The notes under the pieces are model-generated. The model searched no databases, was not told the origin of the DNA, and saw nothing but the letters and a program-made list of their open reading frames with translations. DNA of 32,000 nucleotides from the IMG/VR virus record IMGVR_UViG_3300022745_000046, positions 15,502 to 47,501 of that record; one strand, given 5' to 3'. This stretch comes from a virus. Positions 23,901-29,723 of this stretch are shown piece after piece; within the stretch, counting starts at the first letter, position 1, and every line of letters begins with the position of its first letter. The position numbers were made by a program, and so were the translations under genes.

Positions 23901-26900
23901 TTCTTGTTCTTGTAGATCTTGGCGGTCGCTCAGAGTCTCCCGGAAAGCCACCAAATGTTCTTGAGAAGAAGTTAAGAGAAGAACAACACAAAGAGATTCC
24001 TGCAATACTCAAGAAATTTGCCGATAAACTTGAGAAGAAGGGAATAAAGATTAAGAATGAAACTCCACTCGGCTCTGGATCAAGAGGCCAGGCTTTTGAA
24101 ACTCAAGATGGGAAAGTTCTGAAGATAACAAATGACGCTTCTGAAGCTAAAGCATCAATGAAGTTGAAAGATTCAAATAGCGAGCATCTTACAAAAGTTC
24201 TTGATGTTTTCAAGTTCAACCTGAGAGTCGGAAATAGAGAGTTCTTCGGTATTCTTCAGGAAAAGCTTGATAAGCTTTCTCATAAAGAATCATTTGAACT
24301 TGAAAGAGCAATAGACAATTCTCTTCTCAGAATGATTTCACCTGGAAAGATAGAGACATGGGAAACTTTCAAGAGCAATGCAGAGAACATAATTGACAGA
24401 CACAACAGAGATAAAGAAAAATTCTTGAATTCTCTGAAGATTCTTGAAAAATTCAATGTCGACAAAATAATGGATGAGCTGTATCAAGCAAGAATACACT
24501 ACACTGATTATCATGCTGGTAACTTTATGAAGCGTGGTGATAAGTATGTTCTGATAGACTTGGGTTATTCAAAGTCTGAAGGTGCACAAGAGCCACCTAT
24601 TCTTGAAAGGATAGCTCAGATGTCACAGAATTCACTCAGGGAAGCGACAAGTGATCAAGTAGGTGTTACTATAGGTCGCTTTCAGCCTTTTCATGCGGGT
24701 CACGCAGAGATTATAAGAAACCTCACAAAGAAGTTCAACAAGGTCATCGTGATCATTGCTGGAAACTCAAAGGAAAAGAAGAATCCTTTCTCGTTTGAGT
24801 TGAGAAAAGAGATAATGAAAAAGTCTCTTCCTGATGTTTTCTCAAAGCTAGAGATTCACAAAGCTGAAATAGAAGGAAAGGGTTCGGGTTTCATTCCAGG
24901 CATCATTTCTGAGCTTGTCGGAATGGGTAAGACCAAACTCACTCCAGACACTGCGTTCCATGTTCTTGTCGGAGAAGACAGAATTGAAACAATAAAAAAA
25001 CAGTTTGATCTTGCAAAGAATGCAAGAGAGAATAAAGGAATCGCCTTCAATTTTGATCTTGATGCTGTCATGATTCAAGCTCTTCCCGATGTCAAGAATG
25101 ACGATGATTCTGGAAGAGTTTCTGGCACCAAAGTTAGAGAAGCTCTTGCTAGTGATAACAAGGAGGAGGTCAAGAAGTTAATGGATCCTCATCTTGTTTC
25201 AAATGAATCTGATTTTGAAAAGATTTACTCTGAACTTAAGAATCAACTGTCAGCAAGTCAACCTGTCAAGAAGAAAGAGAAAGTTACAGAAGCTCTCTCG
25301 ACATACTTTGATAAACATGATGTCGAAGATGTTGTAACACAGAATGAAGAAGAGCTAAAGAAGAGAGGAATTGAGGTCGGTGGAGAACTTGGATCTGGCA
25401 AGGATGGTGTTGCGTATCAAGTAAACAATAACAGAGCCTTGAAGGTCACAACTGACGTTGGCGAAGCTCAGACTGCTCTTAAGATCATTTCAAGTGGCAA
25501 GAATCTGAAGCACGTAGTTCATTTCTTTGATGTGTTCAGATTTAGAAAGGGAGTCAAGAAAAATATAGAACTCTTTGGAATTGTCACAGAAAGATTGACA
25601 AAGCTTTCAAGAGATGAAGAAGAGAAGTACGATTTCATTTCAGCATTTTGGTTGACAGACGAGAAAGATTCAAGATCAAATCAAATTCTTGACGCAATCA
25701 GAGAGGGAAACTATGACAAGCTTCTTAACATTGTTTATGAAGTTTTCCTTGAAGCAGAAAGAAAAGGTGATCCGCTTGCTGTGGTAGAAGCATCAACTGC
25801 TCCAACTGCAAAGCATGGAGTGTTTAGAAAAAACCCATCTCAACAAAAGGCCCCTCAAATAGACAAAAAGCCTCAAGGTATAAAGAGCATCGCTGGAAGA
25901 AATCCAGAAGATATAGCAAATAGAAAGTTTGACGTTTACAAGAAAACAGCAGAGCACTTCAAGCTTCGTGAAATGATTCAGGATCTGAAATCTCTTGGAA
26001 TAGAATTTTCAGATTTTCACTCGGGAAATGTTATGAAAAGAGGAAATGATTACGTCATCAATGATCTTGGAAGGTCGGGTGGTGGTCTTGATAAATCCGG
26101 AATAAAGCATCTTGAATCAAAGAATCCAGATGACGTTCTTGAATCTATAACTGAGATGGTTATTTCAGAACTTGGAGCAATGAATGGATACGGATTCAGC
26201 CAGACAGGTTTGAATGCAGGGTCTTCAGCTGTTTCAAGATTCAAAAACAGAGTTGATCCCGACTCAGAAGAGTTGTGGCAGAATCAATTGTCAAGAGTAA
26301 GTTTAAAGAATCCTAATTCAGATCTGCAGGAAGACAATCAAGAGATGTTCTCTTCAGGAGAAGTAGATTCTCAGAAGCTTGGAAAGCTTGAGGAAGAGAA
26401 GTGGATCAAGTGGTCAGAAAAAACTGACACAGTTGACTTTGATTTGAAGAAGAGAGCCGGTTCAGGAAGAGGAGAAGCTAAGCTTGCTGCTGAACTTGAG
26501 CTTAGAGGATACGATGTAAAAGAAGAGAGTGAAGGAAAGGGAGAAGGATCATTTGACCTTCTTGTAAATGGGAAGCGCTGGGAAGTTAAAGAGTTCAAAC
26601 CAATAAGAATAGAAACGACAGGACAAAAGCAGATTAGAACAACTCTGAACTTTTTCTATTCATTCTCAGAATCTATTAAGCAAGCACTTGAAGAAATAAA
26701 GACTCTAAATCTTGGAGAAGATGTTTTCAAGATTGGAAAGCTAAATTCTCCATCTCTTGAAAAGTTTGCTGAGAAATCAATGAGCGCAGTTACGAATGGA
26801 AACGTCCCAGTTGGATTGTCTGGTTTTTCAAAAAGCGCTGCTCATCCAAACTATCTTGAAGTTGCAAAAGCTCTTGACTCATTCATAAAAGAATCTGAGA

Positions 26901-27646
26901 AAGCAAAGAAAAGTGGCAAGCTAAAGATCTCTCTAGGCGATGGGCAAGATGCAAAAGACTTGTTCAGCGGAGATATGGATATCTCTGACATAAAATACTT
27001 GATGAAGATGCTTAAGAAGTCAGCTCCTCAAGGATCAGTTAGTGATCTGAATGACATTGGTGCTCTTCAAATTCTAGAAAGTTCTCTCACTGAGAATGGA
27101 ATAAACAAGACAAACTTGACTCAGGAAGTTGTCAATCACTGGAAAGAAGCATTCGATCCAGAAAAGATTCTCGGTGAAGATGAAAAGATTATCATAGTTG
27201 ATAAGGAAAAGGGATTCTTTATCATGCAACCAAAAGATCTTCTTAAGTGGTACGGACCAGCTGGAATTTCCAAGTCAACTCAGCAACTTCGTCCCAGAAA
27301 GGAACTTAAGACAGCAGGACAAGTCCAGCCTCAGCCAGGTGAACAGAAACCAAAGAAGCCAAAGACTCAAGGACAAGCTACATCAAAGAAGACAAAACTG
27401 CCTCAGGGTCAAATAGACTTCATGAGTCCGGAGTATAAGAACATTCTTGATAAGAAGTCAAAGGTTGCTTCAGATGCACTCGATGTGTTCAAGAGAAAGC
27501 TGAGCATTCTTGATAATGCAAAGAAGAGAAAGACAAGTCCAGAAGAACTTCAGAAGAAAGAACAAGACGTCAAGAAAGCAGAAGAAGAAGCAAGAAAGCT
27601 ATTTAGCAAAGTAGGGCTTGATTTTCCGAACATAGAGCAAACTTGA
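20915..27646 (+). CDS. giant multidomain enzyme: Pol-beta NTase + Rnl1-like RNA ligase + 3x protein-kinase-like + NMN adenylyltransferase + PD-(D/E)xK-like + basic C-terminal tail
   Basis: The frame is open from 20879 to TGA 27644-27646. The start is uncertain because the first in-frame ATG is about 540 nt in. TTG 20915 has the best SD (GAGAGGA 20900-20906, 8-nt spacer). TTG 20879 lies only 1 nt after its GGAG. Domain motifs are listed as separate features. Confidence 0.85.
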   Translation: MNPKLNVRQGAAGSRGNGGGGKPGYPLPDNLKNNLAPVEEDLLSLSPVDFSVSKKQHNDSDFVKKSDVLDIVVKSVISKLLGEGGAAVKGDRIEKKDIAPTLEKFSKEVLSKLKHKWAGPIGSTGKKSTSGDIDIGFDSDLSIGDVEKIVDDLGLENKAMKGLGVISIKFPQVDSEQQENGKHVQIDLMFGPREWIEFAFYSPSEGESQYSGVQARALFIAMMKAVTGHSVSPARGFFTSGDKSKDKKYMNDPKQAAALLSAKSSEQWSVDDLNQPFEKIWLKAKKSFTPEQIEQVKNTMKEFMGSIKKPVPKELDEASRKGMPTGIQHLEDLNYEDFVTFLEKYQSLELDGGLEVSEKVDGSAALVFGVENGKLWTQSKKGMKFFSSSQYGDKPMFKPLRMAHEALQSKSKEIIGAWPKDIEFMTGEILYTKIPNTIEYGPNVIMIHGVQKKDGSVISDEESRKLATAVTTAAHGKLNDGQEEWKFEYKRIIPNKDVMLDVKNEYDSLGDVLKRLRELEPNKLKKDGKGPYKAALESFKAIQLAVKKKLLTQLRKQKSVYGPEGGAIEGIVFRDLDSGGMVKLVDKDLFSKLNQFLWSFRNDLDRGNKVGDKMELGVFQKFLQNVGKNVIGSEDIRLTTFVSRLKKIQDEIQFPENVDTAEKKADYTLAYYIKKNNLMSGDYILQFEKAVADAKKNYDEVKASWDKRKQDDINYEIKDDEGNVVKTVKMDKLIKDRTDTSYEEMGKLIDSMKSTAEVIKGMSNDDTKKTALLKLVMGQNRFNKLVGNADDEEQANESIAILEKDDVSDKKFDHERQVLNSFKEKLASKGMNADSMKELGSGNNGSVFELSDGRVLKITKDDSEARTANHLKGKKLKHVIFIHDVFAFPIRRGVKWYGIVEDKAEPLQDEERFDSATKDVIRSVTADGEVHHNPWTMSWGLIKKKALHNAWDEEVTQENLDYLEELRFPDLMKELEKNRVNYSDVHGGNFMMKNGVLVLVDLGGRSESPGKPPNVLEKKLREEQHKEIPAILKKFADKLEKKGIKIKNETPLGSGSRGQAFETQDGKVLKITNDASEAKASMKLKDSNSEHLTKVLDVFKFNLRVGNREFFGILQEKLDKLSHKESFELERAIDNSLLRMISPGKIETWETFKSNAENIIDRHNRDKEKFLNSLKILEKFNVDKIMDELYQARIHYTDYHAGNFMKRGDKYVLIDLGYSKSEGAQEPPILERIAQMSQNSLREATSDQVGVTIGRFQPFHAGHAEIIRNLTKKFNKVIVIIAGNSKEKKNPFSFELRKEIMKKSLPDVFSKLEIHKAEIEGKGSGFIPGIISELVGMGKTKLTPDTAFHVLVGEDRIETIKKQFDLAKNARENKGIAFNFDLDAVMIQALPDVKNDDDSGRVSGTKVREALASDNKEEVKKLMDPHLVSNESDFEKIYSELKNQLSASQPVKKKEKVTEALSTYFDKHDVEDVVTQNEEELKKRGIEVGGELGSGKDGVAYQVNNNRALKVTTDVGEAQTALKIISSGKNLKHVVHFFDVFRFRKGVKKNIELFGIVTERLTKLSRDEEEKYDFISAFWLTDEKDSRSNQILDAIREGNYDKLLNIVYEVFLEAERKGDPLAVVEASTAPTAKHGVFRKNPSQQKAPQIDKKPQGIKSIAGRNPEDIANRKFDVYKKTAEHFKLREMIQDLKSLGIEFSDFHSGNVMKRGNDYVINDLGRSGGGLDKSGIKHLESKNPDDVLESITEMVISELGAMNGYGFSQTGLNAGSSAVSRFKNRVDPDSEELWQNQLSRVSLKNPNSDLQEDNQEMFSSGEVDSQKLGKLEEEKWIKWSEKTDTVDFDLKKRAGSGRGEAKLAAELELRGYDVKEESEGKGEGSFDLLVNGKRWEVKEFKPIRIETTGQKQIRTTLNFFYSFSESIKQALEEIKTLNLGEDVFKIGKLNSPSLEKFAEKSMSAVTNGNVPVGLSGFSKSAAHPNYLEVAKALDSFIKESEKAKKSGKLKISLGDGQDAKDLFSGDMDISDIKYLMKMLKKSAPQGSVSDLNDIGALQILESSLTENGINKTNLTQEVVNHWKEAFDPEKILGEDEKIIIVDKEKGFFIMQPKDLLKWYGPAGISKSTQQLRPRKELKTAGQVQPQPGEQKPKKPKTQGQATSKKTKLPQGQIDFMSPEYKNILDKKSKVASDALDVFKRKLSILDNAKKRKTSPEELQKKEQDVKKAEEEARKLFSKVGLDFPNIEQT
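21180..21500 (+). other. domain: Pol-beta-superfamily nucleotidyltransferase
   Basis: IGSTGKKSTSGDIDIGFD (21275-21328) matches hG[GS]x9-13DhDh; compare Pol beta GSFRRGAESSGDMDVLL. A third-carboxylate strand candidate is HVQIDLMF (Asp at 21473-21475). Confidence 0.55.
21900..22740 (+). other. domain: ATP-dependent RNA ligase, T4 Rnl1-like (covalent nucleotidyltransferase)
   Basis: Motif I EKVDGSA (Lys codon 21989-21991; T4 Rnl1 is KEDGSL). Motif III-like MTGEILYTK. Motif IV EGIVFRD (22619-22639). Motif V MVKLVDKD (about 22655-22678). Confidence 0.6.
23410..23940 (+). other. domain: protein-kinase-like module 1
   Basis: Gly loop LGSGNNGSVF (from 23429). Beta3 Lys in RVLKITKD. SEA helix-C Glu. 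Catalytic loop YSDVHGGNFM (Asp 23864-23866). DFG-equivalent VDLGG (about 23912-23926). Confidence 0.6.
24050..24580 (+). other. domain: protein-kinase-like module 2
   Basis: LGSGSRGQAF (from 24068). KVLKITND. YTDYHAGNFM (Asp 24506-24508). IDLGYS. Confidence 0.6.
24655..25200 (+). other. domain: NMN adenylyltransferase (NadM/NatV-type HxGH nucleotidyltransferase)
   Basis: VGVTIGRFQPFHAGHAEII (His codons 24692-24694 and 24701-24703). VIVIIAGNSKEKKNPFSFELRKEIM. C-terminal SGTKVREAL (about 25121-25147), equivalent to the ISSTxxR motif. Confidence 0.7.
25370..26080 (+). other. domain: protein-kinase-like module 3 (with a larger insert)
   Basis: LGSGKDGVAY (from about 25387). RALKVTTD. FSDFHSGNVM (Asp 26012-26014). 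INDLGRS. Confidence 0.6.
26400..26700 (+). other. domain: PD-(D/E)xK nuclease-like module
   Basis: GSGRGEAKLAAELELRGYDV...GSFDLLVNGKRWEVKEFK. Asp at 26555-26557 and E-V-K at 26582-26590 fit D-x(n)-E-x-K. This is a weak single-motif call. Confidence 0.35.
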
Positions 27647-28170
27647 TGCAGAGTTGGAATGCTATATTCGTAGAAGACAAAGAGTATCAACTTCTCAATA
27701 GCAGTCTAACTTCAATAAAATTCAGTAATGCTTCAAAATTTGACCTCGCTCTTCTCATGAGTAAAATGGAAGAGCGAGGTGTTCCTTTGAGTTATACTTC
27801 TGAACTCACAGAGATCAAATTCACTCAACTTAGAAATGGAGATCACGGAGATTATCTGAATGGAGTTATCCGTCTCTCTTCAGATAAAACAACTCAATCT
27901 CTTATGGACAAGATCTTTGTTCATGAGCTTGCTCATCATGTTGATTGCACGAATAATATCACTGATGATGACTCTATCTTGAGAGAGAAGAAAAAGAAGT
28001 CGAAGTACATGAAAGACAAGTACGCAAGAAAAGATGTGTTTGAGTATTTTGCTGTTGGCTTTGAAGTCTTTTATTGTGGTACAGATGAAGAAAAAAGATT
28101 CATGAAGAAGAAAAATCCCATTCTTTTTTCAGTCATTTCTAAACTTCATAAAGAGCATTGCAAGAAATAA
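27646..28170 (+). CDS. small HExxH zinc-metallopeptidase-like protein
   Basis: ATG 27646 overlaps the giant ORF stop (TGATG). IFVHELAHHVD contains HExxH. No other motif recognised. Confidence 0.55.
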   Translation: MQSWNAIFVEDKEYQLLNSSLTSIKFSNASKFDLALLMSKMEERGVPLSYTSELTEIKFTQLRNGDHGDYLNGVIRLSSDKTTQSLMDKIFVHELAHHVDCTNNITDDDSILREKKKKSKYMKDKYARKDVFEYFAVGFEVFYCGTDEEKRFMKKKNPILFSVISKLHKEHCKK

Positions 28171-28180
28171 CTTTTTGTCC

Positions 28181-28209
28181 TTCCTGTATGTGTGAATCCT
28201 ATTTATAAT
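28181..28209 (+). promoter_or_regulatory. possible sigma70-like promoter upstream of the SSB gene
   Basis: Perfect -10 TATAAT at 28204-28209. Poor -35 (TTCCTG, 28181-28186) at 17-nt spacing. It lies in a 96-nt intergenic gap. Confidence 0.3.
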
Positions 28210-28266
28210 GTGCGAGTAGGCCATACGGCAAATGCACAATAACACATAACACAAAGGACAAAACTT

Positions 28267-29157
28267 ATGGATTTTAATGCACTTAGAGAGAGACTCAATT
28301 CACTGAACAAGAAGACATCGAAGGCTGATGATCTTTGGAAGCCAAAGGACGAGCATCAGGTTAGACTCGTTCCTTCTGCTGACGGTTCGGACCCTTTCAA
28401 GGAAGTTTACTTCCACTATGAGCTTGGTGACAATCAGCAGATTCCTTGCCCAAAGATGAATCATGGTGAGGAATGTGCCATCTGTGATTTCGCAGATGTT
28501 CTCAAGTCTTGGAATGGACCTGATGGTGAGAAGAAGCCGGACAATGAGAGAAAGGCCGACTTCGAAATCTTCAAGAAGATTCAGGCAAAGGCAAGAATCT
28601 TTACTCGAATGATAGAGAGAGGTCAGAAGGGAGCTCCCGATTCTGAAACTGCAAAGTGGTGGGGAATGACTTCAGCTCAAGTCAATCAGGCTCTTGATGT
28701 TTGCACTGACGGTGATCGTCTTGAAGCTCTCGGTCTTTCAAGCGGAGACAGTGAATCTTTGAAGATTCTCTTTGATCCCAAGAAGGGCTATGACCTGACT
28801 GTCAGCTATGCAAAGCCTGGCGAGAAGGGTAATGCAAAGCAGTATACAAACATCACAATCAAGGGAAGAATCAAGCAGTCTCCTCTTGCAAAGAGTGATG
28901 CAGATGCAAAGAAGATTATTGATTCAGCAAAGGATCTTTCAGAACTCTTCCCAAAGGTCAGTTCAACTGATATTGAGAAGATCTTGAAGAAGTTTGTTGG
29001 TCGCTCTTCTGAAGAGGCAAAGCCCGAAGGTGGAGTTGAGAAGTATTCTGGCTCTGAAAAGCAGGCTGTTAAGCCAGCAAACACGAAAGAAAATGCTAAG
29101 GTTTCTGGAACTCGTTCCATTGATGAAGCCTTTGGCGACATGGTTGCTGACGACTAA
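28267..29157 (+). CDS. single-stranded DNA-binding protein, T4 gp32-like
   Basis: SD AAAGGA. LWKPKDEHQVRLVPSADGSDPF resembles gp32 [21 protein letters not shown]...APF. The zinc motif H-x10-C-x8-C-x2-C (FHYELGDNQQIPCPKMNHGEECAIC, about 28413-28487) compares with gp32 H-x12-C-x9-C-x2-C. Acidic C-terminus DEAFGDMVADD. Confidence 0.8.
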   Translation: MDFNALRERLNSLNKKTSKADDLWKPKDEHQVRLVPSADGSDPFKEVYFHYELGDNQQIPCPKMNHGEECAICDFADVLKSWNGPDGEKKPDNERKADFEIFKKIQAKARIFTRMIERGQKGAPDSETAKWWGMTSAQVNQALDVCTDGDRLEALGLSSGDSESLKILFDPKKGYDLTVSYAKPGEKGNAKQYTNITIKGRIKQSPLAKSDADAKKIIDSAKDLSELFPKVSSTDIEKILKKFVGRSSEEAKPEGGVEKYSGSEKQAVKPANTKENAKVSGTRSIDEAFGDMVADD

Positions 29158-29174
29158 GTTGAGAATTTCTTTTT

Positions 29175-29210
29175 AGGCTTCAGGGGATTCATTTCCCCTG
29201 TCGCCTTTTT
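29175..29210 (+). terminator. rho-independent terminator
   Basis: CAGGGGA (29181-29187) pairs with TCCCCTG (29194-29200). The stem is extended by AGGC/GCCT and followed by TTTTT. Confidence 0.8.
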
Positions 29211-29222
29211 CTCAAGGAAACT

Positions 29223-29723
29223 ATGACAGGTAAATTCTACAAAGTTCAAAACCTAGCTCCAGGTTTTGATGGGCTAGTTGTGCAAGCAGAGCAAAGTTTA
29301 GACAATGACAAGTACTTTGTTGTCTCAAGAATCATTGAAGAGAATTCTTTCAATGGAGATAGACTTGTCTCTGTTCAAATTCCTCTTCACTCTCTTTTAA
29401 TTCATTCTGACAATCTCGCTTTGTCTGAAGATCAGGGAGTTGCAACAAGGCAGTTTGCTTCTGACAATCCGTATGGTAAGTTCATTCTTGAAGGAAGAAT
29501 GGATCTCGGATCTGTGAGAGTAACTTACTCAAGATATGAAAAAGCTCTTCAGGTTACAATCTTCGATACGATCGCAAATAAGACAGTCGTGTCTCAAAAT
29601 TTCTATAAGAACTTTGAGCATGTGATTGACTCAATCGAGCAGTGCCTCAAAGAAGGCGATCAGAGTGGCGAGGACCTTGTTTTTAAGCTAGTCGAACTAA
29701 AGGAAATGGAATCCAATGGCTAA
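29223..29723 (+). CDS. hypothetical protein
   Basis: 166-aa ORF with SD AAGGAA. It overlaps the recombinase start by 8 nt. No motif recognised. Confidence 0.5.
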   Translation: MTGKFYKVQNLAPGFDGLVVQAEQSLDNDKYFVVSRIIEENSFNGDRLVSVQIPLHSLLIHSDNLALSEDQGVATRQFASDNPYGKFILEGRMDLGSVRVTYSRYEKALQVTIFDTIANKTVVSQNFYKNFEHVIDSIEQCLKEGDQSGEDLVFKLVELKEMESNG

